Shown: piece after piece, positions 47,434 through 56,919 of the stretch
Numbering within the stretch: position 1 is the stretch's first letter
Layout of the letters: each line of letters opens with the position of its first letter
Source: a virus
Taxonomy: Duplodnaviria; Caudoviricetes
IMG/VR virus record: IMGVR_UViG_3300016744_000005
Coordinates: 32,001-96,000 of that record
DNA: 64,000 bases
Strand: one strand, 5' to 3'
Position numbers and translations under genes: made by a program
Notes under the pieces: model-generated
What the model saw: the letters and a program-made list of their open reading frames with translations, nothing else
Databases searched by the model: none
Told to the model about the DNA's origin: nothing

Positions 47434-50400
47434 ATGGCGGGTTATGCATATCCGTTTGATAGTACTGGGTTAGCTAGTACAAATGTCATTACTGCCGAGG
47501 TACATGACCTCGCCAATTACACCAATGCGTATCGTTGTTTAATTCCAATCGCTGCACCTTTCTATCGTGATGATTTATTAGTCAAACACAAAGACACAGG
47601 ACGTATCTTAACAGAAGGGTTGGATTTCTTTTTAGGCTATTACTATAAAGAGTTATCTGACTCTACCCGCCGTGGCGTATACGGCGGGATATGTTTTGGC
47701 GATACTACGCTAGTAGGTAAAGTAGAGCTAGTCCGCTACCATACCGTAGGCGGTCAATATTTACAACGTAAGAAAGATATCGATAATTGGTTAGCTGGTG
47801 AGCCTATGGCTGACCCGCGTAACATCGATTTTGCAGCAGTGTTGAAATGGCCTAGAGTAGTAGAGCCTTTTGATGAACCTACGACCATGCAGGAAGCGTT
47901 GGTGATTGATCCAGTATTGCGTAGTATCGACGCACTGGTTAATCGGGTAGAGGAGTTAGTTGCAGAAGAGAAAGTTAAATTCGCTGCAGTGATGTCAGCG
48001 ATGCGACCAGTTACTAAGAAAATAGTTGATTATAAATTTGATGGTCACTATTACGGTACTGATCCTCATGAGAATACCTATATCCAACTAAATGCATTAG
48101 GTAAAACTCAAACTGCCGCGAATGCTATCGTGGCATACGGTAAAACATTGGCTGAGTTGATTACGTTAATCAACAAAATCGGTATCACACCAACTAATGT
48201 AGCACAGTACTATCCCTTAATAGGTGGTTTATTTGAAGGTAGGCTTACTTTCAATTCAGCTAGCACTATTCAGATACGTAATACTACCGGTATGTCATTA
48301 ATTGATTTAAGTAGTAGTCAATTGTTGATCAGTGCTAATGGTAATCTCCAGCAGATCTCTGATGCAGATAAAAATGAATCTACCATGGGCGCTCTGTTAG
48401 AGGCTGGTAATAATACATTATCGGTGCACTCTAGCGGTACTGGTAAAAACAATAACCATGGATTGTGGAATGGACAGATATTAATCCATGCGGGTAACAT
48501 CAGCCAATTCGTTACTACCCAGCAAACTAATGCTACTTTAGAATTAGTGGTAGGGAGCTCACCTGAGGTCGAATTAACTGGGGATGGTACGACTGCAGAT
48601 CCAATCCAGGCTGATACATCATTAATCCAAGCCACTACCGCAGTAGCCGGTTTAGCACGTTTATCATCTGTGTTAAATGCTAATACCACTACCACGGTGG
48701 TTAGTAATGAAGCATTAGCACTAGCTGCTGCACAGATAGCTAAATATGTTCCCAATACCCGAACAGTAGGCGGTAAAGCACTAACTGGTAATATTACCCT
48801 GGATAAATCAGTGATCGGTTTATCCGCAGTTAATAACACTGCAGATACCGATAAGCCGGTATCTACTGCGTTCCAAGCGGCAGTAGCGGATAAAGCATTA
48901 GTGGACCACGATCACGTGTGGGGTGATTTAACCTCAGTGCCGTGGGCGACTACTGACGATGCTGGTATCGCGATGCTCCACACCAGTATCGCTACTGGGT
49001 CGTTAACACCAACGAATAAATTTCTATCTACTCGTAGTGCGGCTATGATTTACGGCAGTAGTGTAACACCGCTAAACGCGTATGCAGTAGAGACTCCGCA
49101 GAATCTATCGGAATTCCCGATCTTTGAATGGGGTAAATATACACCGGACGGTAAATATACTCCAGGTATATATTACGAATCTATTACTGGTTGGGTAATC
49201 GAGTTTTTAGAGTTCCGCACTATCGGTGATACTTGGGATTATCGTAAATCTACACTGGATTTAGCCACGGTGTGGTTTGCTGATGAGGGTACGCCAGCCA
49301 ATCGTACGGTGTACCTGTATATGACTAGTAGTCAGGATTTAGTGGGAGTAGAAACCCGTACACCAGATTCTGACAGTATGTCTTATATTGGAACTGTCAC
49401 TACCAACGCCACTACGGTCGCCACGTGTACTATCGAACCACTGTATCGGATTATGAATGTCTCTGAGTTGATGAAACATATCGACTCTACGACTGCGCAC
49501 GGTAACTTACGGTACGATAAAGTTCGATATGGGTTATCCAATATCGAAAACAAACCACTGGTACACACTGTAGTGAAACCAACCTTCGCTGATGTGTTTA
49601 ATACATGGTACCGGTTCTCTCATCTATCGAGTAATCCATATCCAGCCGTGGCTAGCGAAATCAATTCATGGGCGTATAATAGTGCCACTGATTCGATTAC
49701 TACCGATATTAACTCGACTAGCTATATCGGGTTTGTTAGTAATGATGTTATTGGTGACTATGAGTTTGATACTGCGGTATCATCTACTAACACGGATGAC
49801 GACTCGATTGGTATCGTAATTGGATTTTACAAAGATCCAACCACTGGTAAAGAGCATACGCTATCACTGCTAAAAGTATTATCACGTGATTCAGCTAGTA
49901 TGCAATGGTCCATTCGATTAGTGTACAATATGTTGCAATCAGATGCTTGGGATATTGCCCTGGAAGGTTCTAAATCTAACTATGGCTGGTCTACTGTAGG
50001 TGAGTGTCGTTTACGCGCTATTCGTAGTGGCGATATTTATAATCTAGAAGCTTATGGCTTGCAGGTATTCAACGGTGGTGCTTTAGAGTGGACGCGTACC
50101 CTGGATTTAAACTCAGATCCGCGATTAGCTGTATTTAAAGGTACTACTCGATATGGCTACGCTTGTCAATCTCAGGCGTTTTCAACCTTTCGTTCTATCA
50201 CTCGTCCAGATGAAGACTTACGTAATCAGTATGCGTCAGAACAGACTGTTAAAAATCTACTGACGTCGATGGAATCTAGTATCTCTATCACCACTGGCGT
50301 AGTAGCACAAGGTGGATTAATACCTCCACCAGCTGGTTTTACTGCAGCACAGTGTACATTCCATCTCGTACCACGGTCACTGAGTTTAGCGGTAGCTACT

Positions 50401-50523
50401 GCGTTAGAAATGTTTGAGTGTTATGCAGACGCTACTGGTTTAGCTACTATACGTGGTAAGCTCGTCGCAGACGCCACCTGGGTAGCTGGTACTGCAACCT
50501 ATTACTGTATTGGGAGAAAATGA
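47434..50523 (+). CDS. Tail-associated protein, gp145/gp146 family paralog 3
   Basis: Same N-domain; C-terminal module clearly similar to that of the 2303-aa protein (TDDDSIGIVIG, KEHTLS, FKG.TRYGY...SQ). Confidence 0.85.
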   Translation: MAGYAYPFDSTGLASTNVITAEVHDLANYTNAYRCLIPIAAPFYRDDLLVKHKDTGRILTEGLDFFLGYYYKELSDSTRRGVYGGICFGDTTLVGKVELVRYHTVGGQYLQRKKDIDNWLAGEPMADPRNIDFAAVLKWPRVVEPFDEPTTMQEALVIDPVLRSIDALVNRVEELVAEEKVKFAAVMSAMRPVTKKIVDYKFDGHYYGTDPHENTYIQLNALGKTQTAANAIVAYGKTLAELITLINKIGITPTNVAQYYPLIGGLFEGRLTFNSASTIQIRNTTGMSLIDLSSSQLLISANGNLQQISDADKNESTMGALLEAGNNTLSVHSSGTGKNNNHGLWNGQILIHAGNISQFVTTQQTNATLELVVGSSPEVELTGDGTTADPIQADTSLIQATTAVAGLARLSSVLNANTTTTVVSNEALALAAAQIAKYVPNTRTVGGKALTGNITLDKSVIGLSAVNNTADTDKPVSTAFQAAVADKALVDHDHVWGDLTSVPWATTDDAGIAMLHTSIATGSLTPTNKFLSTRSAAMIYGSSVTPLNAYAVETPQNLSEFPIFEWGKYTPDGKYTPGIYYESITGWVIEFLEFRTIGDTWDYRKSTLDLATVWFADEGTPANRTVYLYMTSSQDLVGVETRTPDSDSMSYIGTVTTNATTVATCTIEPLYRIMNVSELMKHIDSTTAHGNLRYDKVRYGLSNIENKPLVHTVVKPTFADVFNTWYRFSHLSSNPYPAVASEINSWAYNSATDSITTDINSTSYIGFVSNDVIGDYEFDTAVSSTNTDDDSIGIVIGFYKDPTTGKEHTLSLLKVLSRDSASMQWSIRLVYNMLQSDAWDIALEGSKSNYGWSTVGECRLRAIRSGDIYNLEAYGLQVFNGGALEWTRTLDLNSDPRLAVFKGTTRYGYACQSQAFSTFRSITRPDEDLRNQYASEQTVKNLLTSMESSISITTGVVAQGGLIPPPAGFTAAQCTFHLVPRSLSLAVATALEMFECYADATGLATIRGKLVADATWVAGTATYYCIGRK

Positions 50524-50918
50524 TGTTTTATGGATTTGATATAACTACGAACCGCTGTTTATTTACAGCGAGTGGTGAGATCACTGCACCTGCGAACACG
50601 CGGGTGGTGGAGGGGGATTGGGGCGACGATATTCTGATGCTGGAATACGTGCAACTAGATGAGTCTAACTACACCGTACGTACGCGTGAGTTGACTACAG
50701 AGGAGTTAACTATCGAAGCTACTGCTAAGCGTTACAATGGCTTACAGTGGGCCTCTGAACAACTATCGATCTTAAACGATATTAAAGAGTTCAGTAGTGG
50801 TGTAAATCCTGCATTAGATAACAAAATTAATGCCCTACGCAAGTATCGTGTGGATCTCTATGCTATCGACCCTACCAAACCACAAGAAATCTTATGGCCT
50901 GAGACCCCTATCATTTAA
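50520..50918 (+). CDS. Tail fibre assembly chaperone (Tfa-like)
   Basis: C-terminal LRKYRVDL..ID......I.WPETP motif; overlaps the stop of the preceding fibre gene. Confidence 0.75.
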   Translation: MMFYGFDITTNRCLFTASGEITAPANTRVVEGDWGDDILMLEYVQLDESNYTVRTRELTTEELTIEATAKRYNGLQWASEQLSILNDIKEFSSGVNPALDNKINALRKYRVDLYAIDPTKPQEILWPETPII

Positions 50919-50954
50919 GGAGCGAGGAGGCAGACCCTCCTCGATATCGACCCT

Positions 50955-52658
50955 ATGAGCATCAGAAAGATTTTATACCCTCTGGATTTTAGTGGTACTG
51001 CCACCAGTAATCGCATCGAGGGTGAGTTAAAAACGATCGGTGTAGATCGTTATCGTGCATTTACTTTAAACTTTGCACCGTTCTTTACTAACACACTAAC
51101 TATTAAAGAGCGTGGTAAAACTAAACTGCTAGTACGTGGTACCGACTATGAGTGCCTGTACTTTTATCCAGAGTTAACTAAGTTAGCCGCTGGTAAAGAG
51201 GTTTGCGGTGTAGTCGTTATTACTAATGCTGCCATCGGTATTGATTTAGAAGTCGGCTATAACACCGTAGGTGGACACTATGCACACAGTGCAGATGTGA
51301 TCCAGATGGCGATTACTGCGTTAGAGTTAGATAATCGTAACGTCTACTGGGAAGATGTAATCGATACCCCTACGTTGTTCCAACCAGCACCGCATATGCA
51401 TGACATCGGTGATGTATATGGGATGGAGTTTCAGATCGATGCGTTAGTCGCATTACGTGAAGCTATTTTGGTGGGTGACAATGCTGTACATCAACAGATC
51501 TACGATCGCATTGATAACGTAGTACTGTCGCTAACGACGATGTTAAATGCACATCGTGCTGATATCGCTAATCCACACAAAACCACTGCTCATCAGGTAA
51601 ACGCGTATACACGTGAAGAGATAGATACAGAGATCGCGGCGATCATGTCAGATCTGGCTGATTTAGAGCCACGATTCCAAGCTATCGCGACTACCTTTAC
51701 CCAGATCCAGCAGCAGTATACCTCAATGACTAGTTCGCTAGCGGCATTGAGTACTCGCGTAGGGACAGTGGAAAATGAACAGAGTAAATTCTATTTACTG
51801 TTAGCGACCATTAACCAGACCTTAGCAGCGCACCAGGTCAGTATCGATGCGATTTATGTAGAAATTACCGCATTAAAAGCAAAAGATGCTAATCTGCAAA
51901 CGCAGATCGATGGGTTAAAGACTCGTGCCACTAATATCGAGGCTAAGAACGTCGAGCAAGATGATCGCTTAGACGATATCGAGTCTTTGAACACTACGCA
52001 GAATACTCGTTTAGATGCGATCGAAACTAAGAACACTGTACAAGATAGTCGATTAACTGCACATGATAACACACTCACCTTACATACTAACGCACTTGGT
52101 TTATTAGCAACACGTGTCACGAATACGGAAACTAAGAACTCGAATCAGGATGCCAGTATATCCAATCTCTGGACCAATGTAACCGCACATGGTAATGCAA
52201 TAGTATTATTGCAGCAGCAGGCAGCAGATGCAGATACACGTGTAATAGCATCGTATGCAGCTAAAGAAAAAATTTCTATCTCGCGCGGTGCGATCAAAAC
52301 ATGGTATACTATAAATATACCTGCATCTACTAAACCAAAGTATATATCAGGGTATTTCGAAGTTAGTCCTATCATAAACCAACTTCTTGGTTATCGAGCG
52401 ATAACCAAATGTCAAGTTAGATTAGACGATGTGGTCATGGCAGAAGATTATGTAATGCCTTCGTACTATGTAAATGGCGATGGATCTAATAATGATGCGG
52501 CTGCATTGATTGCTCAGGTACCATTTCATGTATATTTATCTGCTGGCATCGCACACAATATATCGTTTGTGCAGGCTAGTACTGCCGATCTGCAATACGG
52601 CAGTACTGGTAATACTGTGGCGTATAAATGCATCATACATCCATCTATAATCGCCTAA
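50955..52658 (+). CDS. Tail fibre: gp145-family N-domain, long coiled coil, C-terminal receptor-binding-like domain
   Basis: YPLDF.G....NRI.GE N-domain, PAPHMH, NPH, 14-residue Q..RL..IE..N repeats. Confidence 0.8.
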   Translation: MSIRKILYPLDFSGTATSNRIEGELKTIGVDRYRAFTLNFAPFFTNTLTIKERGKTKLLVRGTDYECLYFYPELTKLAAGKEVCGVVVITNAAIGIDLEVGYNTVGGHYAHSADVIQMAITALELDNRNVYWEDVIDTPTLFQPAPHMHDIGDVYGMEFQIDALVALREAILVGDNAVHQQIYDRIDNVVLSLTTMLNAHRADIANPHKTTAHQVNAYTREEIDTEIAAIMSDLADLEPRFQAIATTFTQIQQQYTSMTSSLAALSTRVGTVENEQSKFYLLLATINQTLAAHQVSIDAIYVEITALKAKDANLQTQIDGLKTRATNIEAKNVEQDDRLDDIESLNTTQNTRLDAIETKNTVQDSRLTAHDNTLTLHTNALGLLATRVTNTETKNSNQDASISNLWTNVTAHGNAIVLLQQQAADADTRVIASYAAKEKISISRGAIKTWYTINIPASTKPKYISGYFEVSPIINQLLGYRAITKCQVRLDDVVMAEDYVMPSYYVNGDGSNNDAAALIAQVPFHVYLSAGIAHNISFVQASTADLQYGSTGNTVAYKCIIHPSIIA

Positions 52659-52675
52659 TAAATGGAATACTTATC

Positions 52676-53296
52676 ATGAAAATTACTAAATTATCTGACT
52701 TTACTCGCGAATCTATCATTCGTCGAGTGTGTGCGGTAGAGGCAGGGTATGTAAATAACCCTGCCGATACTGGTGGTGAAACTAACCACGGGATTACTGC
52801 TGCTACTGCTGCTGAGTTTAAAGCTGCTCTAGTAGCTAAATACCGCTGGGACGGTACTATGCGTAACCTTACTGAAGAGATGGCTATTTATATCTTCCAA
52901 GTGGGTTGGTGGGATCGACTCCACTGCACTGAGTTACTCGCAGTACATCCATTCATTGCTGATCGTATCTTTGACTTTGGTGTCAATGCAGGTCGTGGTG
53001 CTGCTAGTACTAATCTCCAACGTATCCTGAACGTTATGAACCGCATGGGACAGGATTACCGTGATATCTCCACCCAAGGTGGTATCGGTCCTGAGACCCT
53101 CGGTGCGTTAAAAGCATATGTAGCTAAACGTGGTAAAGACGGGATACTAAATCTAATCCAACTCCTGATCGATTTGCAAGGTGCACACTACGTCCAAGTA
53201 GCCGAAAAACGTGAGCTCAATGAAACGTTTATGTCTGGCTGGACTACTCGTGTGCGTGAAGCCAATCAAACCTATCAGGCGATCTTACAGGGGTGA
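52676..53296 (+). CDS. Endolysin, glycoside hydrolase family 108 with PG_binding_3 domain; start revised to MKITK
   Basis: EAGYVNNPADTGGETNHGIT, FDFGVNAG, G.IGP.TL.AL, F..GW..RV. Confidence 0.92.
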   Translation: MKITKLSDFTRESIIRRVCAVEAGYVNNPADTGGETNHGITAATAAEFKAALVAKYRWDGTMRNLTEEMAIYIFQVGWWDRLHCTELLAVHPFIADRIFDFGVNAGRGAASTNLQRILNVMNRMGQDYRDISTQGGIGPETLGALKAYVAKRGKDGILNLIQLLIDLQGAHYVQVAEKRELNETFMSGWTTRVREANQTYQAILQG

Positions 53297-53652
53297 TTAT
53301 GCCAGCTTATCGTTTACCACCACCAGATGTACGATTCCTCTCTTCTGAGAATCTTTTTGTATTACTCTCGGATTATCGTACTCCTGAAGTTACTGTACCC
53401 TGTGGCTTTAAAACCGATGGGGCCTCCGTACCACGTATCCTGCAGAATATCTTTCCTGCAGTGTATAAGTACTTCCCTGCCTGTATAGTCCATGACTATA
53501 TGTACTCAGGTTTACTCCCGAATACTAAACGTCAAGCTGATGATCTGTTTGACACTAATCTAAAACGATTAGGGATCTCTAGCTGGTATCGTATCCCGAT
53601 GGTCGCCGCAGTGCGGTTGTTCGGCGGTAGTAATTTTAAGGCAAAAAAATAG
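53293..53652 (+). CDS. DUF1353 family protein
   Basis: VP.GF.TDGASVPR, A.IVHDY.Y, ADDLF...L, AVRLFG. Confidence 0.88.
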   Translation: MIMPAYRLPPPDVRFLSSENLFVLLSDYRTPEVTVPCGFKTDGASVPRILQNIFPAVYKYFPACIVHDYMYSGLLPNTKRQADDLFDTNLKRLGISSWYRIPMVAAVRLFGGSNFKAKK

Positions 53653-53671
53653 CAGTACTGAAAACACATAT

Positions 53672-53701
53672 AGAGCTAGTAGCCCGAGGGCTACTAGCTC
53701 T
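53672..53701. terminator. Bidirectional hairpin terminator at late/early boundary
   Basis: agagctagtagccc-ga-gggctactagctct; TATG on both sides. Confidence 0.8.
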
Positions 53702-53710
53702 TATGCAGTA

Positions 53711-53902
53711 TTATGGATTTAGTGGTATTATTATCTCACTAATATTACCTTTACGTGTCATGGAAATAGTGCGGGTTTTAGCGACGTGATCATTAGTTTC
53801 TGTAAGCTGTTCATAATTCCCTAATTCGACATCTGTGGCGAAATCATTTAACCAGTCAATCATTAATTTCTTTACATCAGCCGATAGTTTATCATTATTC
53901 AT
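53711..53902 (-). CDS. Small hypothetical protein
   Basis: SD GGAG; 63 aa. Confidence 0.7.
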   Translation of the reverse strand: MNNDKLSADVKKLMIDWLNDFATDVELGNYEQLTETNDHVAKTRTISMTRKGNISEIIIPLNP

Positions 53903-53930
53903 AATAGATATTCTCCATGTGTAGTATGTA

Positions 53931-55118
53931 TTAACTGATCGACTGACGTACGGTAGGAATTACGGAGATAAAACAAATCTCCGCACTGTATTCAGGACGT
54001 TCTAATACTGGCCGCGATTGCAGCTCGGTAATGAACTTAGTCAGTTGTTCCTGAGCCATTATCGCTTCATTTTCATACATAGATGAATTTTCAAACGGTA
54101 CGAATTCTACAGTATTTAATAATTCAATTACATCGTCGCGTACCGAAATGCCAGGTATAGTGATATCCACATGCATCGAGATATCATTGATCCACCCTAA
54201 ACGCGAACCGGTGAAACGCATCGCGACGCGCCCACAGCCATTGATATTCAGTTGATATGCTGGTTCTTTACGCAGGTTAGCCGGAGGTGCAACATGTGCC
54301 GGTACTTCACATACTACACCACGGTCACCATAAATATCAGTAATTTTAGAATCGATCGTGATGTCACGATTTTTGATAACTTCAGATAAATCGGAAAATC
54401 CAATAGCGATTGCAGTTGGGTTAGTGTCAGTCATAGTAGTAACTCCATTGGATAGATTATTAACGAAAGCATTATAAATGCGTGTTCGGTTTGTAATAGA
54501 TTGCATTACAGGGATCAGCAGTGGTACGCGCGGTTCGTCGACTTTACGGCGCTCGCACGCCTGTTTATAAACCAGTAGTAACTGTTCTACATTAGCACAC
54601 CATGTAGGCTGAGTTTTACAGAGTTGAATGGTTTCGATCACATCCTGCATCAACATGTTAATATAACGAACAGTTCTCATCCACTGTAACGCTAAATGTT
54701 GTTCACCAGTGAGATATTTGTTTAGCTCAATAATGCCATATTGTAGCCGCCCCAGGAGTTCGATATCGCCAAGGCCAGGTTTCGATTCATAGGTGTCTCG
54801 AATGTGTCGAACTTGAAGGTCTATTTTTGGATCCGACTGACACGCCATCCGTGCTACGCCCGCGTAGTAGTATTCAATTAATTCGCAGGTATTTACTTTA
54901 TTTACACGACAACCCTTCAACCACGCGGTAAACCAGAATCGTTGTGATCTCGATAGATGCCAGAAAATCATTTGTGCATTATCGGCTATTGTGGCGTCTA
55001 ACAATGACTCACTTGGAAAATTAGTCAGAAAATCCTGCCACTGTTCCAATAATAGTAGTGTCAGGCTATCATGTTCTATCTGATAGTAATGCGGTGTAAA
55101 TTCGATTGGTTTAGTCAT
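53931..55118 (-). CDS. Hypothetical protein; probably two genes in one frame (internal start 54434)
   Basis: Internal SD GGAG at 54446-54443 before ATG 54434 (MTDTNP). Confidence 0.65.
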   Translation of the reverse strand: MTKPIEFTPHYYQIEHDSLTLLLLEQWQDFLTNFPSESLLDATIADNAQMIFWHLSRSQRFWFTAWLKGCRVNKVNTCELIEYYYAGVARMACQSDPKIDLQVRHIRDTYESKPGLGDIELLGRLQYGIIELNKYLTGEQHLALQWMRTVRYINMLMQDVIETIQLCKTQPTWCANVEQLLLVYKQACERRKVDEPRVPLLIPVMQSITNRTRIYNAFVNNLSNGVTTMTDTNPTAIAIGFSDLSEVIKNRDITIDSKITDIYGDRGVVCEVPAHVAPPANLRKEPAYQLNINGCGRVAMRFTGSRLGWINDISMHVDITIPGISVRDDVIELLNTVEFVPFENSSMYENEAIMAQEQLTKFITELQSRPVLERPEYSAEICFISVIPTVRQSIS

Positions 55119-55130
55119 TGAGAGTAGTCC

Positions 55131-55385
55131 TTATAACGTTATATATAAACCGCAGTAGATCAATCCATAGCGGTCTTGTTGGTAGCCTATAGTAGTATCG
55201 GAACCTACCATTACACCCAGCCTATAACTAGATTCATTTAGTAATATATATTTGATTTTTATTCTGTTACCACCATCGGTATAATGTAATATACCTGTAG
55301 CATCACGCATAAGCGCAGGAGCGTCACTCTGAGCCATAGTAGGACTAATAGCCATACCAATAGCTAGCATTAAGTATCTAAGCAT
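55131..55385 (-). CDS. Small protein with predicted signal peptide
   Basis: MLRYLMLAIGMAISPTMA N-terminus; SD AGGAG. Confidence 0.65.
   Translation of the reverse strand: MLRYLMLAIGMAISPTMAQSDAPALMRDATGILHYTDGGNRIKIKYILLNESSYRLGVMVGSDTTIGYQQDRYGLIYCGLYITL
55241..55251 (-). promoter_or_regulatory. Early-promoter-like motif ATATATATTAC (intragenic)
   Basis: Exact 11-mer also at 60297-60307; ~120 nt upstream of the 55118 start. Confidence 0.5.
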
Positions 55386-55422
55386 CTATAACGCTCCTAT
55401 GCGCTTATGCGTTCAATAGGTG

Positions 55423-55983
55423 CTAAACGCACCGGTTAACAGTATGTACCAGTTTACGATATAGCGGCATCACTTCGTGATAGTAATCGTGTGCATCGTT
55501 AGGTTGTTCCCCAGTACCGATTAATGCATGTGCCTGTAATTTAAATTGGGCCCAACGCATTTGGATTTGGTTATACCGTTGATTTAACTCTAACGTAAAA
55601 CCGTCAGACTCTATCGCATTACAGAGAGATTGTATATCGTCCATTAAGCCCTGGACTTCTACCGGATATGGTTTAGCCGTAGCCGATGGCATAAATCGCT
55701 CGTGTAATTGTGCACACACTGCAGGATCAAATTGTACCGCTGTCGGTATATGCAACTGCATTCCCGACACAGCGATTGATTTTAACGTAGTGTGGCGATG
55801 GGTATCTGACAGTTTTGCCAGCACATTCACCATATGCGGTGCTACCAATCCCAACCATTCCATGAGATACAACCATGGTTTGGTGATATCATTAGGATCA
55901 GTTTTTAACATTAACTCAATTTGTGACTGCACATGTTTGATAGAGGTACTCACCAGTGCAGTTAATGCAACTTCATTTTTCAT
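55423..55983 (-). CDS. Hypothetical protein
   Basis: 186-aa helical ORF, SD AGGAG. Confidence 0.75.
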   Translation of the reverse strand: MKNEVALTALVSTSIKHVQSQIELMLKTDPNDITKPWLYLMEWLGLVAPHMVNVLAKLSDTHRHTTLKSIAVSGMQLHIPTAVQFDPAVCAQLHERFMPSATAKPYPVEVQGLMDDIQSLCNAIESDGFTLELNQRYNQIQMRWAQFKLQAHALIGTGEQPNDAHDYYHEVMPLYRKLVHTVNRCV

Positions 55984-56828
55984 GCTAAAACTCCTGGGAG
56001 CCAGTGTACTGTGTGTTGGTTGTAATCTAATGCGATCGCCATCGCATCGATATCAATCTGCAGTGTGGTGTCATCAGGGAGTGTAAAATACACTTTGTCA
56101 TCACTCAGATAAACCCGGTATTTATGTACCAGTTGTCCGACTTTAATTAATTCTTCCCATAGTGTATGCTCGACACCCCACACTCCGTCCAGTTGGTCGC
56201 TACTGACTTTATTGTACTGACATTGAAACGCGTAGAGTGTATCTGTACGACGTTCTCCATCACCACTGAGTAAAGATGTTATCCACGCACGCAGAGTATC
56301 TTCACACGCTAATTTTGAGCGGAATGGTAAAATCGGATTAATGTAGATGTTATTCATATCGTCTACAGTTAATATCCCCATAGCCAACATGTTCACCAGC
56401 GCGATCGCACCGCGGCAAATGCTATCACAGCGTAACAGCCCAGCATCCATTTCGGCACGATCGTAACTGTCTAAGTAGATCTCTTCTTCATCACCCATCG
56501 AGAAGTCCAAAACATCTACACCATCGCTGGAAATAATACCGTGGAAATTTTCAGTGAGTCGAATCTCCCACGGTAATGTGGTAAATCCAATCAGTGCATC
56601 TGGGGACAATTTAGTGATTTCTGACATATCCAGAATAGCATTGTATAACTGACGACTACTCCAAACGCCAGTAGTGATATTTTTAGTCAAATGAATTCGC
56701 TGTATTGAATTGTTCGCCAAAGCGATGGTTAATTCACCACTTTTATTCAGTACCATTCGCGGTATTTGTACCAACGTCTGTAACAGCTTAGTAGCGAGGA
56801 CGTGGTCAGTAGTTAATAATTTTACCAT
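55980..56828 (-). CDS. Hypothetical protein; start revised to MVKLL
   Basis: SD AAGGAG upstream of ATG 56828. Confidence 0.75.
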   Translation of the reverse strand: MVKLLTTDHVLATKLLQTLVQIPRMVLNKSGELTIALANNSIQRIHLTKNITTGVWSSRQLYNAILDMSEITKLSPDALIGFTTLPWEIRLTENFHGIISSDGVDVLDFSMGDEEEIYLDSYDRAEMDAGLLRCDSICRGAIALVNMLAMGILTVDDMNNIYINPILPFRSKLACEDTLRAWITSLLSGDGERRTDTLYAFQCQYNKVSSDQLDGVWGVEHTLWEELIKVGQLVHKYRVYLSDDKVYFTLPDDTTLQIDIDAMAIALDYNQHTVHWLPGVLA

Positions 56829-56858
56829 TTGAATATACTCCTTTAGAGACATTATAAC

Positions 56859-56886
56859 GTCATCATAGCTATATAGCTATGATGAC
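56859..56886. repeat. Perfect 28-bp palindrome between co-directional genes
   Basis: gtcatcatagctatatagctatgatgac; no U-tract. Confidence 0.8.
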
Positions 56887-56919
56887 TACTGTTTAGTGCT
56901 AGAATTGATTACAGGTACC

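Noticed and set aside
37151-52658. Diversity-generating retroelement or invertible tail-fibre shufflon
   Set aside because: No reverse transcriptase or invertase seen; paralog similarity is at protein level, with no near-identical TR/VR pair or crossover repeats noticed.
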